From Cyclobacteriaceae bacterium (lineage in GTDB: Bacteria > Bacteroidota > Bacteroidia > Cytophagales > Cyclobacteriaceae), in contig JAGPBO010000001.1 in assembly GCA_018063305.1 (NCBI GenBank), forward strand, positions 1 to 55,793: DNA of 55,793 bases, written 5' to 3'. Position 1 is the first letter of the stretch. Every line of letters begins with the position of its first letter. The notes below the pieces were generated by a model. The model was not told where the DNA came from. It saw only the letters and a list, made by a program, of their open reading frames with translations, and made no database searches. The translations under genes and the position numbers were made by a program. Positions 37,852 to 47,626 of this stretch are shown here, one piece after another.

Positions 37852-39471
37852 CTATTTTTTCTCAAAATACTTAAAGACGGGATATTTCACCGGACCTTTA
37901 TCGACTCCGTTCTTTTTAAAATATTCGTCAAAGAAATTCCAGGTCACTAACCCATCATCAGATTGGGGTTCGAGCATATAAAAAATTAGGTTTGCTAAAG
38001 GTTGAGCAAGGTCCACCAGGTAATCACCTTTTTTTGCGCGGTACGTTTCCGAAACAAATTTACCTTCAGCCGTGGCCATGTTATGATTTTCAAACTCGCG
38101 ACTAGCCAGTGTGTACGTTTCAACGATAAACAACTCTCCCATAGCACTAACTGGCTTGCTTAATTTCGTTACCCTAGCACCCTGCTTTTCTAAATGCTTC
38201 GCAATAAATTCCAATTCAGCAGGAATAATATAACCCTTTGGTAAGGTGCTTTCCATCGTTGCTTCAAAAGCACTATTGTTCTCAATATTGTCAAGCTCAA
38301 CAATGTTGGGTGCTCTCATATAAGAAGTTTTTCCATCGTTATCTTTTACTGTGTAGTAATCATAGGTTCTGTATTTCGCCATTGGCTTTTCTAATGGCAC
38401 CATTTTAAAGCGAACCCCTTTCTTCACTTTTCCACCTTGTTCTCTCACCAATGCAATCGCATCCTTTTCTGCCTTTGCATTAATAGCCATCATATCCTTT
38501 CCGTTTTTATTGGTGAACTCTAAAATCTCTGTAACAAACGCATGGGTAGAATTGATGCGTTGATACAATCGCTCATGCGCAAAGGCTTCACTCAAAATTG
38601 CCATCCGGTTTCGCAACCCAAGCTGATTGACCATATACCGAGGTTGATGATTGTAGGTATAGAATCTTTTGATCGGCCATTCCTTTACCCCATAGAAATC
38701 TCCAAAGGGGCCAAGGTAAATATCATTCTTTTCCAACACCTTGTTTGTTACCTCTGGCAAGAGTTTATCCCATGTAAAGTCATAGGGTGCCTTCTCACCG
38801 GCATAATGATAACTTGGCGCCCATGTTAACGAGTAACCATGCCACGTTCCGTTGGTGGTGTGCAAGTCGACAAATAACGTTGGATCCCAGGGGACAATTA
38901 TATTTTGAATGAGGCCATTCGTTTCCAATGCTTCCATTTTAATTCCATCCCGGTTTAAATCCAAGCCCTGACTGTTTGCACGAATACCGGCCACAACCGG
39001 GCTTCCTTCTTGTGATGGTCTGTTGTCGGGTCCTAATTTGTCGTTTGAATCGCTGTTGTAAATTGGGGCAAACAAAATGATTTGATTTTGTAATAGGTGC
39101 GCTTTATCTCCATGAAGAATTTCGCGCAACAAAATCTGCAATGTTTCTTTTCCCTCTACTTCACCGGAGTGGATATTTCCCTGAATATAAATAATGGGCT
39201 TGCCGCTTGCTTTTGCTTCTGCAGGCGTGGAAATTTTTGGATTGGCCAAAATTAATACGGGTATCTCTTTTCCCTCCAGGCTTTTGCCCATGGAAATTTG
39301 TGTAATATAATCAGAACCTTTTTTGACTTCGGATATGAAATCCATCACTTCCGCATAGGTAGATGTTTCCTGATAGGAAGTGCGCTCGGGCTTGGTCATT
39401 AATTCGATTGGCCATTGTGCGAAAGAAGGTACACACAGAGAAATCAAGAATAATAAAGTAAAATATTTCAT
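37852..39471 (-). CDS. M14 family zinc carboxypeptidase, secreted
   Basis: GNIHSGE, DLNRD and VDLH; the ATG at 39471 gives a clean signal peptide (MKYFTLLFLISLCVPSFAQ). Confidence 0.88.
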   Translation of the reverse strand: MKYFTLLFLISLCVPSFAQWPIELMTKPERTSYQETSTYAEVMDFISEVKKGSDYITQISMGKSLEGKEIPVLILANPKISTPAEAKASGKPIIYIQGNIHSGEVEGKETLQILLREILHGDKAHLLQNQIILFAPIYNSDSNDKLGPDNRPSQEGSPVVAGIRANSQGLDLNRDGIKMEALETNGLIQNIIVPWDPTLFVDLHTTNGTWHGYSLTWAPSYHYAGEKAPYDFTWDKLLPEVTNKVLEKNDIYLGPFGDFYGVKEWPIKRFYTYNHQPRYMVNQLGLRNRMAILSEAFAHERLYQRINSTHAFVTEILEFTNKNGKDMMAINAKAEKDAIALVREQGGKVKKGVRFKMVPLEKPMAKYRTYDYYTVKDNDGKTSYMRAPNIVELDNIENNSAFEATMESTLPKGYIIPAELEFIAKHLEKQGARVTKLSKPVSAMGELFIVETYTLASREFENHNMATAEGKFVSETYRAKKGDYLVDLAQPLANLIFYMLEPQSDDGLVTWNFFDEYFKKNGVDKGPVKYPVFKYFEKK

Positions 39472-39840
39472 TGCGTAATGATTAATGGATAGAAGTAAAT
39501 ACTTGTTCTTAAGATTGAAACTCACAAAACACCCCAAGACCAATAACAATCATACATAATATTGAGATTTTTTTGCTCTGTGTTCCATCAACAATAATGA
39601 AGAAAAAAAACAAGAATTCCAGCAAGAGTAAAACTAATTGACCTATGGAAGAATTTCAGTAACAAATCCTCTTTTAATCGTTTGTACGGTAACCCTAGAT
39701 CTCTGAATTAAACTGTGCCGGTTGAAAATAATCGTAATTACTTTTTAATAGAAGGTCCAAATCCGGATTGAACGCTGGGCAACAGCCCTGTTACCCATTC
39801 GCATACTTTATCCATGAGGATTAGACAAATAAAAGAATAA

Positions 39841-39975
39841 CTGCCACCAACATTAGTTAGGAAATAGAGTAGTTGATTTACTTCTGTGAAACATTTGTGC
39901 TAAATTCAACATTTGAAATTCTATTGAACCTTAATGCTGGAAATCAGCCACAAAACCAATCCGAAAACTGTCACC
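39841..39975 (+). mobile_element. Degenerate attC-like site
   Basis: CTGCCACCAAC start directly after a TAA, internal AAACATTTGTGCTAAATTCAACATTTG repeats, ...GAAATCAGCCAC...CCGAAAAC end with an eroded R' box. Confidence 0.45.
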
Positions 39976-40022
39976 CCTTTGGAAAAAACTATACGCTAAT
40001 TCCGAACCTCGATTGATAACCC

Positions 40023-40586
40023 ATGAGACGCAGAAATTTTATACTAACAACACTTGCTTCCCTACCCATAGTGACATTTGCTAAAGTTAAATCCATTTTA
40101 ACTATGCGAGCAGAAAAAGGATTTAAAGTAAATTCTGGTGAAGCCAGGTTTGGCATTCATTACAAAATGAAAGGCGTGACCCTAAACACTCTTGACATTA
40201 AAATATCGGGTAAGGATACCGAAAATGATTTAGCCGTTTTTGAGCAGACCGGTTTGACACCCAACGGTGGACCTCCTTTACACATTCACCCCTATCAAGA
40301 CGAATGGTTTTATGTTGTTGATGGAGAGTATTTGTTTCAGGTTGGAGCGGACAAATATGAAATGAAAACAGGTGACACAATTTTTCTTCCCCGAAAGGTA
40401 CCACACGCCTTTATTCAGCTCACCGAAAAAGGAAAAATGATAGTTTCCTATTTACCTGCAGGTAAAATGGAAGATTTCTTTGCTGTCACTAACACGTGGA
40501 CGCATCCGCCAACAAAAGAAGAAATTACAAAAGTGTTTGCCGATCACGACATGCAAGTTGTAGGAGCCCCTTTAAAAATACACTAA
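40023..40586 (+). CDS. Cupin protein (quercetin 2,3-dioxygenase-like) with Tat signal
   Basis: MRRRNFIL twin-arginine motif; PPLHIHPYQDEWFYV and PRKVPHAF metal motifs. Confidence 0.85.
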   Translation: MRRRNFILTTLASLPIVTFAKVKSILTMRAEKGFKVNSGEARFGIHYKMKGVTLNTLDIKISGKDTENDLAVFEQTGLTPNGGPPLHIHPYQDEWFYVVDGEYLFQVGADKYEMKTGDTIFLPRKVPHAFIQLTEKGKMIVSYLPAGKMEDFFAVTNTWTHPPTKEEITKVFADHDMQVVGAPLKIH

Positions 40587-40624
40587 TCGTTTAATGACAA
40601 AAATTCAATTCCGAAAGGGTTTAG

Positions 40625-40765
40625 CGAACGCATAATAAACGTATTGGAAAAAATCGGCAGGCGGACAAACTCGAAGCTTAATGCAACGAATAAACTTCAG
40701 GACCAAATTGAAACTTCCTATTCAGAAACCATCTCAGCGCCAAGCGTAAACCAAAGCGCGTAACA
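40625..40765 (+). mobile_element. Degenerate attC-like site
   Basis: CGAACGCATAAT (R''-like), GTATTGGAAAAAATCGGC...CGCCAAGCG arms, located between two co-oriented short genes. Confidence 0.4.
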
Positions 40766-40767
40766 TA

Positions 40768-41370
40768 ATGAGAAATCTCCCCAAAACTCTAATTTATTCA
40801 AGATTAGTTATCGGAACGCTAATATTGATTTTTAGTTTGTTACCTATTAACAATTATAAATTTATTGCCGTTGCCCTTTTTGCCATTGGGCTTTTGACCG
40901 ATATTTTTGACAGAACTATTGCAAGACATTTAAAAATTTCGTCACAAGACATACGTAGGTTAGACTCTATAGTTGATGAAATATTTTTTGTTATGGTTGC
41001 TGTTACAACCATCATTGAATGCCCACAATTCTTTTTTGACAATAAAATAAAATTTGTAATTTTATTAGGTGCTGAAGGCTTGGCATACCTAATTTGTTTT
41101 ATAAAATTCAAAAAAGAAGTTGCGACACATTCAATTTCTTCAAAAATTTGGACACTCATTTTATTTGCGACACTCATTCAAATAATGACAACGTGCAACT
41201 CAACAGTATTATTTCAAATTTGCTTTTATGTTGGGCTTGTTACAAGGCCCGAAATAATGGCAATAATAATTGTGCTCCGCCTGTGGACAAATGACGTCCC
41301 GAGTTTATATCATACGTATTTAATACGACAAGGAAAAGTAATTAAAAGACATAAACTTTTTAACGGTTGA
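40768..41370 (+). CDS. CDP-alcohol phosphatidyltransferase family membrane protein (degenerate motif)
   Basis: DIFDRTIAR...RRLDSIVD compared with DxxDGxxAR...DxxxD. Confidence 0.8.
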   Translation: MRNLPKTLIYSRLVIGTLILIFSLLPINNYKFIAVALFAIGLLTDIFDRTIARHLKISSQDIRRLDSIVDEIFFVMVAVTTIIECPQFFFDNKIKFVILLGAEGLAYLICFIKFKKEVATHSISSKIWTLILFATLIQIMTTCNSTVLFQICFYVGLVTRPEIMAIIIVLRLWTNDVPSLYHTYLIRQGKVIKRHKLFNG

Positions 41371-41471
41371 CAAAAAAGCAGATAATGTGGATTCCTACCC
41401 CCAAACCTCGCCCAGTACCGTGATTAATAGTCTCCCAACATTAATGACCTGAACTCCGTATTTAAGAATCT

Positions 41472-41987
41472 ATGAACAAACCCTTGCATCAATTTTTTAC
41501 AGAAGATCATCACCGGATTGATGACTTGTTAAATAAGGCGATTGAACAACCGAATGAAATTGATATGGATTATTATCATCAGTTTCGAACCCAATTATTA
41601 CGACACATTAAAATGGAAGAGAATACCCTCTTTCCCGCAGCAAAGAAAGTAGATCCAGCTGTGATGCAAGCACTCATTCCAAGGTATCGACTCGAACATG
41701 GCGCACTGACTGCGTTAATGGTACCCCCTCCCACTTCGTCTCTGATCAAAGTGATACGGTATGTTTTGGAAAAACACGATAGGGCTGAAGAAAAGCCAGG
41801 AGGATTGTATGATGTCTGTGAAGCATTGACACACGGGCAAACGCAAGAACTTTTAAACAAACTTGCAGGTACGGAAGAAGTGCCTGTTCATCCTCCCAAT
41901 CCGGCACCCATAGCAATTGAATCGGCTAGGCGCGCATTGAAACGAGCGGATTATGATTTTGATGAAATTGTTCGACTCGCTAATTAA
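41472..41987 (+). CDS. Hemerythrin HHE domain protein
   Basis: DHHRI, RHIKMEE..LFP, LEH and HDRAEE. Confidence 0.85.
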   Translation: MNKPLHQFFTEDHHRIDDLLNKAIEQPNEIDMDYYHQFRTQLLRHIKMEENTLFPAAKKVDPAVMQALIPRYRLEHGALTALMVPPPTSSLIKVIRYVLEKHDRAEEKPGGLYDVCEALTHGQTQELLNKLAGTEEVPVHPPNPAPIAIESARRALKRADYDFDEIVRLAN

Positions 41988-42021
41988 TTTTCTTTACTCA
42001 ATAGGCTAACTTTTTACCCAA

Positions 42022-43245
42022 TCAATTGAACCGAAGTTGATAGCCATCTTTCTTCAAGGAAGCCAATACTTTTTCCTGATGTGCCAATCCCATAGTTTCT
42101 ATTTGTATGCTGATCTCCACTTCATCGATGAGTAATTCGGACGAGGTGCGTACGTGTTCTACTTCCAATACGTTTGCCGATAACATGGCAAGATCATTTA
42201 AAATACCAGCTAATGAACCCGGTCTATCCGGCACACGAACACGAAAGTGCATATATCGCCCTTCAGCAGCCATTCCATGTCGAATGATACGCATCAATAA
42301 AACCGGATCAATATTACCTCCGGATAAAACTGCTACCAACGGTCCCTGATAATGGCCCACAGGCATGTCAAGTAAATGCGCTACCGCTGCGGCACCGGCA
42401 GGTTCTACTACAAGTTTAGTTCGTTCCAATAAAAATAATAGTGCGGCTGAGAGACTATTTTCACTTACCGTTTCTATGGCATCCGTTAACTTCTGTATAA
42501 TTTCAAAAGGTATTTCGCCCGGGTAGCCTACCGCGATGCCATCCGCCATGGTGTTCATGTTTTTAATTGCAACGGGTTTACTTTTTTTTAGGGAGAGTGG
42601 ATAGGCAGCAGCTTGTTCAGCCTGTACGCCAATTACTTTTACATCGAGTCGCAATGATTTTACAGCTGTAGTAATTCCGGCCAGTAACCCTCCTCCCCCG
42701 GTACTCACCAAAATTGTTTTTACATCGGGGCATTGTTCAAGAATTTCGAGACCACAAGTGCCTTGCCCAGCAATGATGTCTTTGTGATTGAATGGGTGAA
42801 TTAAGACCGCACCGGTTTTATCTTCAATTTCCTTAGCACGTATTAAACAATCGTCAATGGTTTGTCCGATTTGTTCAACCGTTGCACCATAGCCGCGTGT
42901 AGCCAGTAACTTAGGTGAAGAGGCTCCATGGGGCATAATAATAGTTGCTTTGATCCCCAGCAGTCTGGCAGCCAAAGCAACGCCTTGTGCATGATTGCCT
43001 GCAGAAGCAGCAACAACTCCCTGAGACTTTTCTTCGTCCGTCAAATGAGCCATCCGATTATAAGCTCCCCGGATTTTAAACGACCCTGTTCGGTTCAGGT
43101 TCTCACATTTCAGATAAACATCAACTCCGGCACGATCTGATAAATTACGACTAAAGTCTAAAAGTGTAGGATGTATAATATTACTCAAAAGAGCTTGTGC
43201 CTTTTGAATATCTTGCAAGCTTACCGGAAGAGATACTTCTGACAT
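42022..43245 (-). CDS. ilvA: Threonine ammonia-lyase with single ACT domain
   Basis: KCENL.RTGSFKIRG, SAGNHAQG, GGGGL, SGGN and PDRPGSL. Confidence 0.93.
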   Translation of the reverse strand: MSEVSLPVSLQDIQKAQALLSNIIHPTLLDFSRNLSDRAGVDVYLKCENLNRTGSFKIRGAYNRMAHLTDEEKSQGVVAASAGNHAQGVALAARLLGIKATIIMPHGASSPKLLATRGYGATVEQIGQTIDDCLIRAKEIEDKTGAVLIHPFNHKDIIAGQGTCGLEILEQCPDVKTILVSTGGGGLLAGITTAVKSLRLDVKVIGVQAEQAAAYPLSLKKSKPVAIKNMNTMADGIAVGYPGEIPFEIIQKLTDAIETVSENSLSAALLFLLERTKLVVEPAGAAAVAHLLDMPVGHYQGPLVAVLSGGNIDPVLLMRIIRHGMAAEGRYMHFRVRVPDRPGSLAGILNDLAMLSANVLEVEHVRTSSELLIDEVEISIQIETMGLAHQEKVLASLKKDGYQLRFN

Positions 43246-43537
43246 GGTCGTACAGTTTTCAACGTGGTGTAATTTACCTATTGTAAGCAGCTAACAATCC
43301 AAATTTTGTAATTTAATCTTAAAGTAAATTTACGGGCATATTTCTTTTCCTGAAAAGAACTTATAATGCAAAAGGATGGTTCACTAAAAACTTAAATTTT
43401 TAGGATCGCAGGTAACGATTATATTTTTTTCCGATACCTATTGGGACAAGTTATGTAGTAAACGCCACACTCTTCGGATAATCGGAAAACATTGGCGATC
43501 ATTGCAAAATAGAAATTTTTAATAAAAATCCAGAAAA

Positions 43538-44131
43538 ATGTGGTGGCAGTATATCTTAGTTTTCTTAGGTGCCCTGGCATTTGATATCGTTCCTTTTCCT
43601 TTCCCACCCGCATTTACGATAATGATGTTTTTTCAGATACTTTTTCGCTTGGATGTATGGTTAGTAATTGTAATTGGAGTAGCCGGTTCTGTTTTAGGGA
43701 GATACATTGTTCTTTTATATGCTCCCTTACTAGCAAAAAAGTATTTAAAAGTATCGAAGAATAAGGATATTCAGTTTCTTGGAGAGAAAATGAGGGAGAA
43801 TAAATGGAAAGGCCAGATGGTTATACTTGGCTATTCATTATTACCACTCCCCACTACACCCATTTTTTTAGGAGCCGGCATTTCAAAATTAAATCCATTA
43901 TACATTATACCTGCATTTCTCATTGGTAAATTTACAAGTGACACAATCGCCTTGCATGCCGGAAAATATGCCTCAGAAAATGTTCAAAGTATTATCGACA
44001 ATGCATTATCCTGGCAGTCCATCGCAAGTCTTCTATTGGGTTTGGTACTGATCTTTTGTCTTTTGTTCATAGACTGGCGTACTTTGATTCAAACAAAGAA
44101 ATTAGTATTAAATTTTAGAATATTGAGGTAG
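43538..44131 (+). CDS. Membrane protein, DedA/VTT-like
   Basis: Hydrophobic segments, PFPFPP re-entrant-like motif, GSVLGRY and LLPLPT. Confidence 0.65.
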   Translation: MWWQYILVFLGALAFDIVPFPFPPAFTIMMFFQILFRLDVWLVIVIGVAGSVLGRYIVLLYAPLLAKKYLKVSKNKDIQFLGEKMRENKWKGQMVILGYSLLPLPTTPIFLGAGISKLNPLYIIPAFLIGKFTSDTIALHAGKYASENVQSIIDNALSWQSIASLLLGLVLIFCLLFIDWRTLIQTKKLVLNFRILR

Positions 44132-44178
44132 ATGCGTCATCCTCTGAATTTGATAGGAGTCACAAAAGTATTATTTTG

Positions 44179-44205
44179 GTAGTGACCGATGTGAGGAGTC
44201 GCTAC
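44179..44205. repeat. Short palindrome (REP-like or terminator)
   Basis: GTAGTGAC-N11-GTCGCTAC. Confidence 0.4.
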
Positions 44206-44237
44206 ATGGTCGTTTCCCTTCATTTTCAAAACAGGTT

Positions 44238-45857
44238 ATGAATATTCTTGAATACGAAAACGTAATAGTTGGAGGTGGATTGGCAGGAATATCAGCAGCC
44301 ATTGAATTACTGGATAATAATAAAAGAGTTCTTATCCTTGAAAGAGATATAGAAGAGAAATTTGGAGGGTTGGCAAAAAAATCTTTTGGAGGTATTTTAT
44401 TTTCAGGTACACCTCAGCAAAAAAGAGCAGGAATTAAAGATTCAGCCACATTACTTTATGAGGACTGGATGCGTTATGGCGAATTCACTGACCGAAATTG
44501 TTTAGGTGCGAAATGGGCTAAGTTTTATTCAGATCATTCCATTTCTATTATTTATAACTGGCTTATCGATAAAAATGTTAAGTTTCTTCCGGTTGTTAAT
44601 TGGCCGGAACGAGGTATGTATGTAAAGGGAAATTCGGTTCCCCGATGGCATATCACCTGGGGCACTGGATATGATTTATCTAATCAGGTTGTAAAATATT
44701 TACTGAATCATAAAAATAAAGAGAACCTGGAAATAAAGTTTCAGCACAAGGTGGAGTCTGTTGTAATTGAAAATAAAAAAGCCGTTGGCGTTGAAGTTTT
44801 AGATGAATCAACGAAACAAAGAGTAAGCATCACAGCAAAAAATATAGTCATTGCCTCGGGAGGAATTACAGGCGGTGATTTAGAATTGGTTAAGAAAAAT
44901 TGGCATCCTAACCTCGGTACTCCACCCGATACATTATTAAATGGATCACATCCATATGCGGATGGAACAATCCATTTAGATCTGGAACAAAAGGGAATCC
45001 ATTCCACCCACTTAAATAGACAATGGCACTATGCTGCCGGAATTCCTACTCCAAATCCGGAAAAAGGAAAGTTCAGAGACGGCTTAAGCCTGGTTCCACC
45101 AAGGTCTGCTATCTGGGTCGACTCCACAGGTAAGCGATTTCAACCTCCGTTAGTTGGGTATACGGATACTTTGTTTTTTGTGGAAAATATACTAAAAACA
45201 AAACATCAATACTCATGGAGTGTGATGAACTGGAAAATAGCCATTAAAGAATTAGCGGTTTCAGGTTCGGAATATATGACGGCTTTCAGGAATAAAAATA
45301 AATTAACGATGATAAAAGATGTTTTATTCGGCAATAAAACATTGATCAATAGATTGATTAAAGAATCGGATCACTTTGTGGTGGCGAACACGGTTGATGA
45401 ATTGGTAAAAAAGATGAATCAACAAGGCAATACTGACGCAGTAGATTTAGAGACACTTAAAAGAGATTTGCAAAATTATGACGATGAAATTGATAGAGGA
45501 AAATCGTATTTTAATGATGAACAGTTAAGACGATTAATTAATTTTAGATTGTATAGCGGAGATAAAATCAGAACCTCAAAATTTCAAAAGATTTTAGACC
45601 CCAAAGCAGGGCCATTAGTAGCAGTCAAACAATATATTTTGAGTAGAAAAAGTTTGGGTGGCATTCCTATTAACCTAAATTCACAAGTCATTAATAAAGA
45701 TGGTGAGGTTATCTCAGGATTATATGCTGTAGGCGAATCTGCCGGATTTGGAGGCGGAGGTATACATGGAGCAAGATCATTAGAAGGTACTTTTTTAGGA
45801 TCTTGTATTTTAACTGGGAGAGTAGCGGGAGCAAACATATCAGGAATAAAATTTTAA
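44238..45857 (+). CDS. FAD-dependent oxidoreductase (FAD_binding_2, COG3573/KsdD-like)
   Basis: GGGLAG, GGLAKKSFGG, VNWPERG, GNSVPRWH.TWGTG, RKSLGG and GFGGGG.HG.RSLEGTFLG. Confidence 0.88.
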   Translation: MNILEYENVIVGGGLAGISAAIELLDNNKRVLILERDIEEKFGGLAKKSFGGILFSGTPQQKRAGIKDSATLLYEDWMRYGEFTDRNCLGAKWAKFYSDHSISIIYNWLIDKNVKFLPVVNWPERGMYVKGNSVPRWHITWGTGYDLSNQVVKYLLNHKNKENLEIKFQHKVESVVIENKKAVGVEVLDESTKQRVSITAKNIVIASGGITGGDLELVKKNWHPNLGTPPDTLLNGSHPYADGTIHLDLEQKGIHSTHLNRQWHYAAGIPTPNPEKGKFRDGLSLVPPRSAIWVDSTGKRFQPPLVGYTDTLFFVENILKTKHQYSWSVMNWKIAIKELAVSGSEYMTAFRNKNKLTMIKDVLFGNKTLINRLIKESDHFVVANTVDELVKKMNQQGNTDAVDLETLKRDLQNYDDEIDRGKSYFNDEQLRRLINFRLYSGDKIRTSKFQKILDPKAGPLVAVKQYILSRKSLGGIPINLNSQVINKDGEVISGLYAVGESAGFGGGGIHGARSLEGTFLGSCILTGRVAGANISGIKF

Positions 45858-45869
45858 AATAAATTTTCT

Positions 45870-47597
45870 ATGAATAAAACAGGTGCATGGTTAGTTGTTA
45901 ACGCATTAGAGCAATTGCCGATATCACATACGTTTGGTGTTCCTGGTGTACATAATACGGAGATTTATGACGAGTTGAATAAATCTGAAAAGATCACACC
46001 TATATTAGTGACGCACGAAGGTGGCGGTGCATTTATGGCCGATGCGGTAAGTCGTACTTCTGATACTATTGGAACGTTGGTTATTGTACCAGCAGCCGGA
46101 GTTACCCATGCTTTAAGTGGTATTGGTGAAGCGTTCTTAGATGGCATTCCCATGCTTATCATCTCCGGTGGAATTCGTACAGATGTGAATAAAAGTTATC
46201 AGCTTCATGAATGGGACATGCATTCGGTATTAAGCGGAATCACTAAAAAGACGTATAAGATAAAAAGCCATCAAGAAATAATGTCCAGTATTTTTGAAGC
46301 TTATAACATCGCGATTTCCGGAAACCCTGGTCCGGTCTTTATTGAGATCCCCGCAAACATTCAATTGTTTAAAGGGGAAGTTTCGGAAATATTAACCTAT
46401 AAAAAACCTGAAAGTAAACCAGCCATATTCGGGTCTAAAATCGATGATGCGATTCAAATCATTTCAGAATCTAAAAAAGTAGGATTGTTTTTAGGATGGG
46501 GAGCCAAAGAGGCAACTACCATCAGTATTCAAATTGCCGAGCGACTAAATGCCCCTGTATCTACAACACTGCAAGGATTTAGCGTGTTCCCTGGTGATCA
46601 TCCATTATTTACTGGGATGGGTTTTGGGCCAGCATCCGTACCGGCTTCTGAAAATGCTTTTAAAGATGTCGATTGTTTAATTGCGGTAGGAACAAGATTT
46701 GCGGAACTACCTACAGGAAGTTTTAGCGCAGAAGTTCCTGAAAATCTTATCCATATTGATATCGATGAAAATGTTTTCGATAAAAATTACAAAAGTAAAC
46801 TGGCCATACAAGGTGATGCGAAACAGGTCTTAGAATCTTTATTAACCGAGCTAACAAAAAAGAATATCCAAAAAAGCAATCCGCATTTAATTAGTTCTAT
46901 TGCAAAAGATAAACAGGTATATTATAAAGAATGGTCTGATTATAAATTCGACCGAGTCAATCCCTATCATTTCTTTAAGAGTTTAAGAAGTAATCTGGAA
47001 GATGATGCCATTACGGTTGTGGATGATGGCAATCACACGTTCCTAACCGTAGAATTATTTCAGAATCTGAAAAGCAAACATTTAATTAGTCCAACCGATT
47101 TCAATTGTATGGGGTACTGTGTTCCCGCAACCATAGGCACTAAGTTTGCTAATCCAGACAAACAGGTTATTGGAATTGTGGGTGATGGCGCCTTCCTTAT
47201 GACTGGGCTGGAGTTGTTAACGGCAAAAAGAAATAATTTAGGAATCACAATTTTCGTTTTTCATGATGGCGAGCTTTCCCAGATATCTCAAGGTCAAGAG
47301 ATCCCTTATAACAGAAAAACATCCACACAATTAGGAGATTTTAAATTAGAAGGCATTGCAACCGCAGTGGGGGCCACCTACCTGGCTATTGAAGATGACG
47401 CTCAGATAGATCAAAATATTAGTGCTGCACTCCAGGAGGCTAAGGCCAATAAAATTGTTTTGGTTGACGTGTTTATAGATTATAAAAAACGAACCCGGTT
47501 TACCAAAGGTGTCGTGAAATCGGTTTTAGAAAATTTTCCCTTTAGTGATAAAGTTCGGTTTATTGGCAGAGCTATTACAAGAAAGATATTTGGATAA
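45870..47597 (+). CDS. ThDP-dependent enzyme (acetolactate synthase-like superfamily)
   Basis: FGVPGVH, THEGGGAFMAD, PGPVFIEIP and GDGAFLMTG ThDP motif. Confidence 0.88.
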   Translation: MNKTGAWLVVNALEQLPISHTFGVPGVHNTEIYDELNKSEKITPILVTHEGGGAFMADAVSRTSDTIGTLVIVPAAGVTHALSGIGEAFLDGIPMLIISGGIRTDVNKSYQLHEWDMHSVLSGITKKTYKIKSHQEIMSSIFEAYNIAISGNPGPVFIEIPANIQLFKGEVSEILTYKKPESKPAIFGSKIDDAIQIISESKKVGLFLGWGAKEATTISIQIAERLNAPVSTTLQGFSVFPGDHPLFTGMGFGPASVPASENAFKDVDCLIAVGTRFAELPTGSFSAEVPENLIHIDIDENVFDKNYKSKLAIQGDAKQVLESLLTELTKKNIQKSNPHLISSIAKDKQVYYKEWSDYKFDRVNPYHFFKSLRSNLEDDAITVVDDGNHTFLTVELFQNLKSKHLISPTDFNCMGYCVPATIGTKFANPDKQVIGIVGDGAFLMTGLELLTAKRNNLGITIFVFHDGELSQISQGQEIPYNRKTSTQLGDFKLEGIATAVGATYLAIEDDAQIDQNISAALQEAKANKIVLVDVFIDYKKRTRFTKGVVKSVLENFPFSDKVRFIGRAITRKIFG

Positions 47598-47626
47598 GCA
47601 CAATATCCCCTTCTGGTTAAAAATAA

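Noticed and set aside
39472-39549. Upstream extensions in the ORF track (M14 peptidase; also 24074, 26845, 48481, 51969)
   Set aside because: Downstream ATGs give proper signal peptides or family N-termini and avoid overlaps.
13317-47597. Prophage, ICE or anti-phage defence island
   Set aside because: No integrase, relaxase, structural phage genes or recognisable defence domains were found.
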